From: Kiritimatiellia bacterium
GTDB taxonomy: Bacteria; Verrucomicrobiota; Kiritimatiellia; CAIQIC01; Lenti-01
NCBI GenBank assembly: GCA_035450765.1
Contig: DAOTNL010000002.1
Span: 1 to 44,440 of the forward strand
Direction of reading: 5' to 3'
Length of the DNA: 44,440 nt
Every line of letters starts with the position of its first letter. The first letter of the stretch is position 1. The position numbers and the translations under genes are program-made. The notes under the pieces are model-generated. The model was not told the DNA's origin. It saw only the letters and a list, made by a program, of their open reading frames with translations, and did not search any database. Below are positions 26,224 to 34,172 of the stretch, in pieces.

Positions 26224-27825
26224 TCAGGCCGCGGGCGCGACGGCTTTTTTCTGTTTCCGGGCGCGCAGGGCCTCGAACACGAACCCGAGTTCGGGGAAGC
26301 GGAAGAGGCGCGCCAGGCCGAAATAGGCGGCGACGCCCGCCGCGATGGCCGCGGGCACCCCGACGATCTGCGCGGCCTTGTGCGGCAGCCAGACGTAGAG
26401 CCACGTCGTGATTTCGCGCTCCGCGAACCAGGCGACCGCCGCCATGCAGGCGGCCGCGCCCAACGCGCGGCCCAGCCCGGCCAGGATGCCGCGCAGGCCG
26501 AACGGACCCAGCCGCCGGCGCAGGAAGAACGCCAGCGACAGGCCGTTGAAGCCTTCGGCCACCACGGTCGAAAACGCCATGCCCGCGTGGCGCCAGTATT
26601 CCGGCAGCGTCAGCGCGCAGGCCACGTTGAGGGTGAAGTTGAGCGTCACGGCGCACAGGCCGATCTTGACGGGCGTGCGCGTGTCCTGCAAGGCGTAGAA
26701 CGCGGGGACGAAGACCTTGGCGAGGCAGAACACCATCAGCCCCGGCGCGTAGAACGACAGCGCGCGCGCCGTCAGCCAGGTGCTCTGCGGGCCGAAGGAG
26801 CCGTGCTCGAAGAGCATCCGCACGACGGGCTCGGCCAGCACGAACAGGCCCACCGCCGCGGGCGTCATCACGAACAGCAGCGTGCGCAGGCCGTGGTGGA
26901 TGGCCGCGCGCATCTCGGCGTGCTTCTTCTGCGCGGCGAAATCGGACAGCACCGGCAGCAGCACGGTCCCCAGCGAGGTCGCCAGCATCCCCTGCGGCAG
27001 GTAGATCAGCCGCTCGGCGTAGAACAGCGCCGACGGCGCCCAGACGCCCACCCACAGCGCCAGCAGGCTGTTGACCATCACGTTGACCTGGTTCACCGCC
27101 AGCCCGAGCGCGGAGGGTCCCATCAGCATGAAGACCTGTTTCACGCGCGGATCGCGCCAGTCCGCATCCACGCCGGGCCGCCAGCCCACGCGCAGCAGCG
27201 ACGGGACCTGATAGGCCAACTGCACCGCGCCCGCCGCGAACACCGTCCAGGCCAGCGCCCGGATCTGGACGCCGGTTCCGCCGCGCAGCGCCGGCACGAT
27301 GAAACCGATGGACAGGATCCAGACGATGTTCAGCAGCGCCGGCGTGAAGGCCGACACCGCGAATTTGCGGTAGGAATTGAGCACGGCCATCGCCAGCGCG
27401 GCCATGCAGATGAAAAAGACGTAGGGCAGCATGATCCGCGCCAGGGGCAGCACCGTCGCCGTCTTTTCCCCCAACCCCGGCCAGCGCAAGGCCGCGCCCA
27501 TCCCGACGATGCCCAGCGCCACGATGGCCAGCAGGACCGCACCCACCAGCGTCGTCACCCGCCGCGCCAGGCGCCAGGCCGCGTCTTCCCCCTCGTTGCG
27601 GCGAGCGTCCATGAACACCGGAATGAACGCCGAGGACAACGCGCCCTCGCCGAACAGCGCGCGGAACAGGTTCGGGATGCGGAACGCCACTACGAACGAC
27701 GACATCGCCAGCGACGTGCCGAAAAACCCCGCCGTCAGCACGTCGCGCACCATGCCCAGCACGCGGCTGAGCAGCGTGAACCCGCCGACGGCGAACGCGA
27801 AACGGATGACGTTGCGGTTTTCCAT
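26224..27825 (-). CDS. murJ: Lipid II flippase MurJ/MviN
   Basis: GGFTLLSRVLGMVRDVLTAGFFG...AFRIPNLFRALFGEGALSSAFIPVF, with about 14 TM segments. Confidence 0.9.
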   Translation of the reverse strand: MENRNVIRFAFAVGGFTLLSRVLGMVRDVLTAGFFGTSLAMSSFVVAFRIPNLFRALFGEGALSSAFIPVFMDARRNEGEDAAWRLARRVTTLVGAVLLAIVALGIVGMGAALRWPGLGEKTATVLPLARIMLPYVFFICMAALAMAVLNSYRKFAVSAFTPALLNIVWILSIGFIVPALRGGTGVQIRALAWTVFAAGAVQLAYQVPSLLRVGWRPGVDADWRDPRVKQVFMLMGPSALGLAVNQVNVMVNSLLALWVGVWAPSALFYAERLIYLPQGMLATSLGTVLLPVLSDFAAQKKHAEMRAAIHHGLRTLLFVMTPAAVGLFVLAEPVVRMLFEHGSFGPQSTWLTARALSFYAPGLMVFCLAKVFVPAFYALQDTRTPVKIGLCAVTLNFTLNVACALTLPEYWRHAGMAFSTVVAEGFNGLSLAFFLRRRLGPFGLRGILAGLGRALGAAACMAAVAWFAEREITTWLYVWLPHKAAQIVGVPAAIAAGVAAYFGLARLFRFPELGFVFEALRARKQKKAVAPAA

Positions 27826-27829
27826 GCTC

Positions 27830-28489
27830 CTACTTCGCTCCGGCGGCGGCGGACGGGCACAGGTCCGCCAGCGAGCAGTTCGCGCAATCGGGCTTGCGCG
27901 CGAAGCAGCGCCGCCGCCCGTGCCAGACCATGCGGTGCGACCAGTCCGTCCAATCCTTGGGCGGCACGATTTTGGCCAACTCGCGCTCGATCTTCGTCGC
28001 GTCGGTCTCGTTCTTCACGAAGCCGAGCCGGTTCGAAAGCCGGATGAAATGGGTATCCACCACCAGTCCCGGTTTTCCGAACACCGTGGCCACCAGCAGG
28101 TTGGCGGTTTTGCGGCCGATGCCCGGCAGCGAGACCAGCACGTCGAAATCGCCCGGCAGCTCGCCGCCGAATTCCGCGTCCAGCCGCGCCATCAGCGCGC
28201 GGACGTTCTTGGCCTTGTTGCGGAAGAACCCCGTCGAGTGGAATTCCTTTTCGAGCGTCGCCTGCGGCGCCGCCGCCCAGTCTTTCGCCGCGCGGTATTT
28301 CTTGAACAAGGCGGGCGTGACGAGGTTGACGCGCTTGTCGGTGCACTGCGCGGAAAGGATGGTCGCCACGGCCAGTTCCAGCGGCGTGGACCAGTCCAGT
28401 TCGCACTTGGCGTCGGGATATTCCTTCTTGAGCCGGCGCAGGATCGCGGCCGCGCGCGCCTGGCGCTGCTGGAGGGTTTCCCGCGCCAC
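27830..28489 (-). CDS. nth: Endonuclease III (DNA glycosylase/AP lyase)
   Basis: Track ORF 27830..29044 trimmed to the in-frame GTG at 28489, 2 nt after the upstream stop. Contains the HhH motif LPGIGRKTANLL and the Fe-S cluster motif CFARKPDCANCSLADLC. Confidence 0.85.
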   Translation of the reverse strand: MARETLQQRQARAAAILRRLKKEYPDAKCELDWSTPLELAVATILSAQCTDKRVNLVTPALFKKYRAAKDWAAAPQATLEKEFHSTGFFRNKAKNVRALMARLDAEFGGELPGDFDVLVSLPGIGRKTANLLVATVFGKPGLVVDTHFIRLSNRLGFVKNETDATKIERELAKIVPPKDWTDWSHRMVWHGRRRCFARKPDCANCSLADLCPSAAAGAK

Positions 28490-28491
28490 GC

Positions 28492-29184
28492 CTATTCCTC
28501 CGCCTGGTCCTGCAGGAAGCGCAGCCGCCCGTTGTAGTAGGGGCCCGGGAACTGTTCCTCCAGCAGCGCGAGCTGGTCGCCGGAATCGAACACGTTCACT
28601 AGCGCCTCGTAGTCGGCGCGCGCGAAATTCAGCACGGCCTCCAGCTTTTTGGTGGCGCGGTCCTGCACCACGAAGCACAGCTGCTCGTCGGTGGAATCCT
28701 GGGCGTCGAACAGCAGGTTTTTCTTCTCCGCCGAGAGCTTGTCCGGATTCTGCTGGAACATCATGTATTTGACGTGCTCGACGAGGCGGGCGTCGAGGCC
28801 CTCCTCCAGCAGGAAGACGCGCTCGACCAGTTCGCTCCATTCCACGACGAGGTGCGTTTCCGGCGGCGGCACGTCCGGCGGCAGCAGCCGGTTCAGCTCC
28901 GCCGTCGCCTCCCGGAACGCGGTTTCGGCGTCCTGCAAGGTGCGCCCGCCGACGAGGGGATCGTAGTGGATGAACAGGTCCTGTTCGCCGTCCCGGTAGA
29001 TCAGCGGCTTGTCCACCCGGAAGGTCTTGCGGCAGCCGGCGCACTCCACGCGGTTGATCCGGCCGGCCAGCAGCGCCTCGCGCAGGCCGGGATCGTCGTC
29101 CACGACCAGGGCGTCCCAGAGTTCCACGGCCTGTTCCCGGCCGCAGAACGGGCAGGCGATTTCATGCATGCGCTTCGATGACAT
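28492..29184 (-). CDS. CpXC domain-containing protein
   Basis: Track ORF 28492..29274 trimmed to ATG 29184. Contains CPFCG...x(n)...CAGC paired motifs. Confidence 0.7.
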   Translation of the reverse strand: MSSKRMHEIACPFCGREQAVELWDALVVDDDPGLREALLAGRINRVECAGCRKTFRVDKPLIYRDGEQDLFIHYDPLVGGRTLQDAETAFREATAELNRLLPPDVPPPETHLVVEWSELVERVFLLEEGLDARLVEHVKYMMFQQNPDKLSAEKKNLLFDAQDSTDEQLCFVVQDRATKKLEAVLNFARADYEALVNVFDSGDQLALLEEQFPGPYYNGRLRFLQDQAEE

Positions 29185-29315
29185 AGGCGCGGCATCATGC
29201 CGGTTCCGCCCCGGGAAGACAATCCAAACCGCGCCCGCGGGGTCCGTCGGCGGCGGGGTCCGCGGTCCCAACAAGGGATTGCCTTCCCCCTCCCGTTGGA
29301 GTAAAAGGAATTCCC

Positions 29316-30134
29316 ATGAATCAGGAATTCGCAGGCTATTCCATCACGCGCTCGATGACGGGCGGCGGCATGACGAAACTCTACGTCGCGATCGATGCCC
29401 AGCAGACGCGCTACGTGATCCGCGTGCTCGACGCCCTGACCGCCAAGGACCGCAAGAGCCGCCAGCGGTTCTTCCACGGCGGCGAGGTCATCGCCCGCCT
29501 GCATTCCCCCCAGCCGCACCCCAACATCGTCCGCTTCATCAAGGCCGGCATCGAGGACAAGATGCCCTACATGGTGCTCGAGTACGTCGAATCGCGCACG
29601 CTGCGCGATCTGATCCTCTACCGCGAGCCGCTGCTGACGGAAAACGTGATGATCTTCATCCGGCAGCTGGCGAACGTGATCCGCTACGTCCACTCCCGCG
29701 GGTTCCTGCACCTGGACATCAAGCCGGAGAACGTCCTGATCCGGCCCGACGGCCGCCTGGTGCTGATCGATTTCGATCTGGCCCTGCCCCGCAAGCGCTT
29801 CTTCAAGAAGCTCGCCAACGTGTCGGGCACCACGGCCTACGTGCCGCCCGAAACGCTCGTCAACCGCACCGCGGACGACCGCGCCGACATCTACGCCTTC
29901 GGCATCTGCTGCTACGAAATGCTGACGTTCCACAAGCCCTACGAAGGCGAAAAGATCGACCAGGTCCGCGCGGCGCAGATCGACCCCAAGACGCCGCCGA
30001 CCCCGATCCGCCAGTACAATCCCAACGTGCCTGCCGCGCTGGCCAACCTCGTGATGAAGTGCATCGCCAAGGATCCCCAGGACCGCTATCCCGACATGGT
30101 CCTCGTCCTGCGCGACCTCGACAAGCTGGGCTGA
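29316..30134 (+). CDS. Hanks-type Ser/Thr protein kinase, kinase domain only (272 aa), with atypical ATP-site residues
   Basis: Catalytic loop HLDIKPENVL, DFD in place of DFG, TTAYVPPE, DIYAFGICCYEML and DPQDRY. The beta3 motif reads YVIRVL (Arg where Lys is expected). Confidence 0.85.
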   Translation: MNQEFAGYSITRSMTGGGMTKLYVAIDAQQTRYVIRVLDALTAKDRKSRQRFFHGGEVIARLHSPQPHPNIVRFIKAGIEDKMPYMVLEYVESRTLRDLILYREPLLTENVMIFIRQLANVIRYVHSRGFLHLDIKPENVLIRPDGRLVLIDFDLALPRKRFFKKLANVSGTTAYVPPETLVNRTADDRADIYAFGICCYEMLTFHKPYEGEKIDQVRAAQIDPKTPPTPIRQYNPNVPAALANLVMKCIAKDPQDRYPDMVLVLRDLDKLG

Positions 30135-30155
30135 CGCCCCCGCCGGTTCCCGCCC

Positions 30156-31223
30156 ATGCAACCCAACGCCGCCCCCGACATCTACCTGATGAAGCGCGAG
30201 AAATCCCGCGCCGGCTGCATGACCGCGCTCATCGCCACCGTCGTCGCGCTGGCGCTCGCCGGCGCGTTCGCGCTGGTGCATTGGCTCGGCAACCGCGGCA
30301 CGGAAAACGCCGAACCCGTCGAATTCCCCGTCGCGCCCATCCAGGCGGAACTGGCGCCGGTGCCCGTGCCCGACGCGCCGCCGCCACCGCCCGCCGATCT
30401 CGCCCCCGCCGCGCCCGCGCCGATTCCCGCGCCGGCGGTTGCGGCTCAAGGCGATTCCCAAGCCGCCCTCGCGGCCGCGCCGGAGCCTTCCGCCGCGACC
30501 GCTCCGCCGCCCGCCGCCGGCGACGCCGCGGCCAGTTTCGCCCAGGCGCGCGAAAAGCTGCAGGGCGGCGATTACCAGGGCGCCCGCGAAGCCGCGCTCG
30601 CCGCGCTCGCCGCCAAGCCCGGCGATCCCGAAATCGAAGGCTTCCTGAACGAGTTGGCCATGCCCCTGCTGGCCTCCCAGCGCCCCATGCCCGAGAAGGT
30701 CGAGCACGTCGTCCAGTCCGGCGACTACCTCGGCAAGCTCGCCGCCACCTACAACACGCCCGTCGCCCTCATCGCCAAGGCCAACAACGTCCAGGGCGCC
30801 AACATCCGCGTCGGCGAAACCCTGCGCCTGCTCGACGGCAACGCCCACGTGTTCGCCCTGGCCGTCAGCAAGACGCGCAACGATCTCGTCGTGACCCTCG
30901 ACGGGAAGTTCTTCAAGCGCTACCGCGTCAGCACCGGCGAAAACGCCAAGACCCCCGTCGGCACCTACAAGATCGTCGACAAGATCGCCCAGCCCGCCTG
31001 GCACAAGCCCGGCGGCAAGGCCATCCCCTACGGCCACCCCGACAACCTGCTCGGCACCCATTGGCTCGCGCTCGACCTGCCCGGCTACGGCCTCCACGGC
31101 ACGTGGGAACCCGATTCCATCGGCAAGCAGTCCAGCGCCGGCTGCATCCGCCTGCTCAACCCCGACATCGAAGAGCTCTACACCATCCTGCCCAAAGGCA
31201 CGCTCGTCACCATCACCGAATAA
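30156..31223 (+). CDS. Membrane-anchored LysM domain / L,D-transpeptidase (YkuD) protein
   Basis: Has a TM anchor (CMTALIATVVALALAGAFALV) and an Ala/Pro-rich linker. The LysM domain is HVVQSGDYLGKLAATYNTPVALIAKANN. The catalytic motif is HGT...SSAGCIRLLN. Confidence 0.85.
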   Translation: MQPNAAPDIYLMKREKSRAGCMTALIATVVALALAGAFALVHWLGNRGTENAEPVEFPVAPIQAELAPVPVPDAPPPPPADLAPAAPAPIPAPAVAAQGDSQAALAAAPEPSAATAPPPAAGDAAASFAQAREKLQGGDYQGAREAALAALAAKPGDPEIEGFLNELAMPLLASQRPMPEKVEHVVQSGDYLGKLAATYNTPVALIAKANNVQGANIRVGETLRLLDGNAHVFALAVSKTRNDLVVTLDGKFFKRYRVSTGENAKTPVGTYKIVDKIAQPAWHKPGGKAIPYGHPDNLLGTHWLALDLPGYGLHGTWEPDSIGKQSSAGCIRLLNPDIEELYTILPKGTLVTITE

Positions 31224-31232
31224 GGGAATCCC

Positions 31233-32237
31233 GTGGCCGCCTATACCCTCCCCTTCGAAAAACCCCTGCTCGATCTCCAGAACCGGATCGACGAATTGCG
31301 CCGCGTCGCCCGCGAAAACGGCGTCGCCGACCCGCAGGACGCCGCCCGCCTCGAGACCGAACTGGCGGACGCCCGCCGCCAGCTCTACGCCAACCTGACG
31401 CCGTGGCAGAAGGTCATGGTGGCCCGCCATCCCCGCCGCCCCTACACCCGCGACTACGTCGCGGCCTTCGTGAAGGATTTCAGCGAACTCCACGGCGACC
31501 GGCTGCTGTCCGACGACCAGTCCATCGTGGGCGGCATCGGCTGGATCGGCGAGCGCCGGGTCATGGTCATCGGCACCCAGAAGGGCCGCGACACCAAGAG
31601 CAATTTGGCCTGCAACTTCGGCTGCCCCTATCCCGAAGGCTACCGCAAGGCGCTGCGCCTGATGCGCCTCGCGGCCAAGTTCGGCCTGCCGATCGTCTGC
31701 TTCATCGACACCCCCGGCGCGTTCCCCGGCATCGAAGGCGAAGAACGCCACGTGGCCGAAGCCATTGCCGTCAACCTCCGCGAGATGTTCCGCTTCCCCG
31801 TGCCGATCCTCGCCGTCGTCATCGGCGAAGGCGGTTCCGGCGGCGCGCTGGGCATCGGCGTCGCCAACCGCATCCTGGTCCTCGAACACGCCTATTATTC
31901 CGTCATTTCGCCCGAAGGCTGCGCGGCCATCCTCTGGAAAAACCGTTCGCACGCCGACACGGCCGCCGCCGCCCTCAAGCTTACGGCCTCCGACCTCATC
32001 GAACTCGGCATCGCCGACGAAATCGTTCCCGAGCCGCTCGGCGGCGCCCATGCCGATCCGGCCGCCGCGGCCGATTTCGTCCGCGACGCGATCCTCAAGA
32101 ATCTCGCCCAGCTCGGCAAGCTGGGACCGGAGCAGCTGCTCGAGCAGCGCTATGCCAAGTTCCGCGCCATGGGAATTTTCAAGGAAGGGGCCCTTCCGCC
32201 CTTGACACCGCCCCCCCTTCCGGAGGATACAGTATAA
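31233..32237 (+). CDS. accA: Acetyl-CoA carboxylase carboxyltransferase alpha subunit
   Basis: GTG start. Contains ARHPRRPYTRDY, FIDTPGAFPGIEGEERH, IGEGGSGGAL and EPLGGAH. Confidence 0.9.
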   Translation: MAAYTLPFEKPLLDLQNRIDELRRVARENGVADPQDAARLETELADARRQLYANLTPWQKVMVARHPRRPYTRDYVAAFVKDFSELHGDRLLSDDQSIVGGIGWIGERRVMVIGTQKGRDTKSNLACNFGCPYPEGYRKALRLMRLAAKFGLPIVCFIDTPGAFPGIEGEERHVAEAIAVNLREMFRFPVPILAVVIGEGGSGGALGIGVANRILVLEHAYYSVISPEGCAAILWKNRSHADTAAAALKLTASDLIELGIADEIVPEPLGGAHADPAAAADFVRDAILKNLAQLGKLGPEQLLEQRYAKFRAMGIFKEGALPPLTPPPLPEDTV

Positions 32238-32289
32238 GGCTGGACAACATCGGGATGAAGCCGTCCCCCCACCCCCTATAGGAACTCCC

Positions 32290-32865
32290 ATGAAGAGCAT
32301 CAAAGGAACCCGCACCGAAAAGAACCTGTTGGCCTCGTTCGCCGGCGAATCGCAGGCCCGCATGCGCTACAACTACTTCGCCTCCGCCGCCAAGAAGGAA
32401 GGCCTCATCCAGATCTCCAAGATCTTCGACGAAACCGCCGACCAGGAAAAGGAACACGCCAAGCGGTTCTTCAGCTTCCTGGAAGGCGGCATGGTCGAAA
32501 TCCAGGCGGCCTATCCCGCCGGCGTCATCGGCTCCACCCTCGACAACCTCAAGGCCGCCGCCGGCGGCGAGCACGAGGAATGGACCCTGCTCTATCCCGA
32601 ATTCGCCCGCATCGCCCGCGAAGAAGGCTTCGAGCAGATCGCCGTTCTCTGGGACAAGGTCTGCAACGCCGAAAAGCAGCACGAGAAGCGCTACAACGAC
32701 CTCTGGAAGAACCTGTCCGCCGGCAAGGTCTTCAAGCGCGACGGCGTGGTCGTCTGGCGCTGCATCAATTGCGGCTATCTGCACGAAGCCGCCGAAGCCC
32801 CGAAGCTCTGCCCCGCCTGCCTCCATCCGCAGGCTTACTTTGAACTTCTCGGCGAGAACTGGTAG
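32290..32865 (+). CDS. rbr: Rubrerythrin
   Basis: Has a diiron four-helix bundle (ESQARMRYNYFA, EKEHAKRF) and a C-terminal rubredoxin-like CINCG...CPAC. Confidence 0.9.
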   Translation: MKSIKGTRTEKNLLASFAGESQARMRYNYFASAAKKEGLIQISKIFDETADQEKEHAKRFFSFLEGGMVEIQAAYPAGVIGSTLDNLKAAAGGEHEEWTLLYPEFARIAREEGFEQIAVLWDKVCNAEKQHEKRYNDLWKNLSAGKVFKRDGVVVWRCINCGYLHEAAEAPKLCPACLHPQAYFELLGENW

Positions 32866-32905
32866 AACCACCCCCGTAGAAAACGAACCCACGAAAGGAA
32901 CGAAC

Positions 32906-33097
32906 ATGATGAAAGCCACCGTCGACGCCGGAACCTGCACGGGCTGCACCCTCTGCTGCGACATCGCCCCGGACGTCTTCGCCATGGGCGACGACGGCCT
33001 CGCGCACGCCAAGGCCGACCAGGTCCCCCCCGCCGCCGAAGCTTCCGCCCAGGAAGCCGCCGGCAGCTGCCCCGTCTCGGCCATCAAGGTCGATTGA
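32906..33097 (+). CDS. Small single-cluster ferredoxin (63 aa)
   Basis: Track ORF 32840..33097 trimmed to ATG 32906, preceded by AAAGGAA. Contains CTGCTLCCDIAP...SCPVSAI. Confidence 0.8.
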   Translation: MMKATVDAGTCTGCTLCCDIAPDVFAMGDDGLAHAKADQVPPAAEASAQEAAGSCPVSAIKVD

Positions 33098-33118
33098 TTC
33101 CCGGAGTTGCCCTCCGAC

Positions 33119-33149
33119 CGGCCGCCGCCCCCGCGGCGGCCGTTTTTTT
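33119..33149 (+). terminator. Rho-independent terminator after the rubrerythrin-ferredoxin unit
   Basis: Perfect 10-bp GC stem cggccgccgc / gcggcggccg, loop cccc, then T7 (33143-33149), 21 nt after the ferredoxin stop. Confidence 0.8.
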
Positions 33150-33163
33150 GCCTCGCGGCTGCC

Positions 33164-33191
33164 ATTCTGAATTCTGACTCCTGAATTCTGA
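33164..33191 (+). repeat. Tandem heptanucleotide repeat ATTCTGA-ATTCTGA-CTCCTGA-ATTCTGA, ending 10 nt upstream of the hydrogenase maturation protease ATG
   Basis: Read directly. Copies are at 33164-70, 33171-77, 33178-84 (degenerate) and 33185-91. This is an AT-rich island in a GC-rich genome. Confidence 0.7.
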
Positions 33192-33201
33192 ATACTTCTC
33201 C

Positions 33202-33627
33202 ATGAACCTCCTCCTCGGCATCGGCAATCCCCGCCACGGCGACGACGCCCTCGGGCCCGTCTTCGCCCGCGCCTTCCGCCATCCCGACTGGCGTACCGTC
33301 AATGCCGCCGTCGCCCCCGAGAATTTCACCGGCCTCGTCCGGCGCCTGCATCCGGACCTGCTCGTCCTGCTCGATGCCGCCGACCTCGGCGAGCCGCCCG
33401 GCACCCTGCGGCGCCTGGACCCGGCCGCCATCCGCGCCGGCGATTTCGGCACCCACGCTGGCTCCATCGGCCGCATCGCCGACTATCTGGCCGACTGCGC
33501 CGGCCGCGTCGTCGTGCTGGGCATCCAGCCGGCCGATCTCCGGCCCGGCGCGCGCCTGTCTCCGCCCGTCCGCGCCGCGCTCCGGCACTTGGCGGCCACG
33601 CTTGCCTCCGGCGGCCTGCCGCCGTAG
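33202..33627 (+). CDS. Hydrogenase maturation endopeptidase (HycI/HyaD/FrhD family)
   Basis: N-terminal LLLGIGNPRHGDDALG, then LLDAADLGEPPG and GTHAGS. Confidence 0.75.
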   Translation: MNLLLGIGNPRHGDDALGPVFARAFRHPDWRTVNAAVAPENFTGLVRRLHPDLLVLLDAADLGEPPGTLRRLDPAAIRAGDFGTHAGSIGRIADYLADCAGRVVVLGIQPADLRPGARLSPPVRAALRHLAATLASGGLPP

Positions 33628-33656
33628 GATTCCGTCCGGAGAAGAGGAGACGCGCC

Positions 33657-34100
33657 ATGAAAGTGCTCGCCGCATTGGATCTCGACCGCACGACCCCCGA
33701 CGTGCTCCGCGAAGCCCGCCTCTGGACCCGCCGCCTCGGCGCCGAACTGTTCCTCATCCACGTCGCCGATCCCGATCCGGATTTCATCGGCTACGGCGCG
33801 GGACCCGAGAGCGTCCGGCTCGCCGTGGCCCACAAGTTCACCCGCGCCCACCAGCGGATCGAAGCGCTGGCCACGGAACTGCGCAAGGAAGGTTTCGTCG
33901 CGACGACCGCCCTGCTCATCCAGGGCGCGACGGCCGAGACGATCCTGCGGGAAGCCGACCGCCTCGGCGCCGACGTCATCCTCATGGGCACCCGCGCCCA
34001 CGGCGCGCTGCGCTCGCTGCTGCTCGGCAGCGTCAGCAAGGCGGTGCTCGCCGGTTCCACCCGGCCCGTGCTGCTCGTTCCGCCGCGCGCCGCGCCGTAG
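33657..34100 (+). CDS. Universal stress protein (UspA family)
   Basis: Contains ADVILMGTRAHGALRSLLLGSVSKAVLAGSTRPVLLV. RBS is GAGGAGA. Confidence 0.9.
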   Translation: MKVLAALDLDRTTPDVLREARLWTRRLGAELFLIHVADPDPDFIGYGAGPESVRLAVAHKFTRAHQRIEALATELRKEGFVATTALLIQGATAETILREADRLGADVILMGTRAHGALRSLLLGSVSKAVLAGSTRPVLLVPPRAAP

Positions 34101-34134
34101 CGGCCCGGCGCGTGTTTCCGACCCGTTTCCCGCC

Positions 34135-34163
34135 TTGCACTTTGCCCCGCCATCCGCGACAAT
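34135..34163 (+). promoter_or_regulatory. Candidate promoter giving a leaderless or near-leaderless transcript of 34173..35885
   Basis: TTGCAC (34135-40), 17-nt spacer, GACAAT (34158-63). Only 9 nt (ttccccgaa, no SD) separate it from the ATG. Confidence 0.35.
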
Positions 34164-34172
34164 TTCCCCGAA

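Noticed and set aside
29001-32363. A 1120-aa minus-strand ORF and a 1090-aa plus-strand ORF (29009..32281)
   Set aside because: They overlap the clearly real kinase, LysM-LDT and accA genes in other frames or on the other strand, and their composition is arginine- and glycine-rich.
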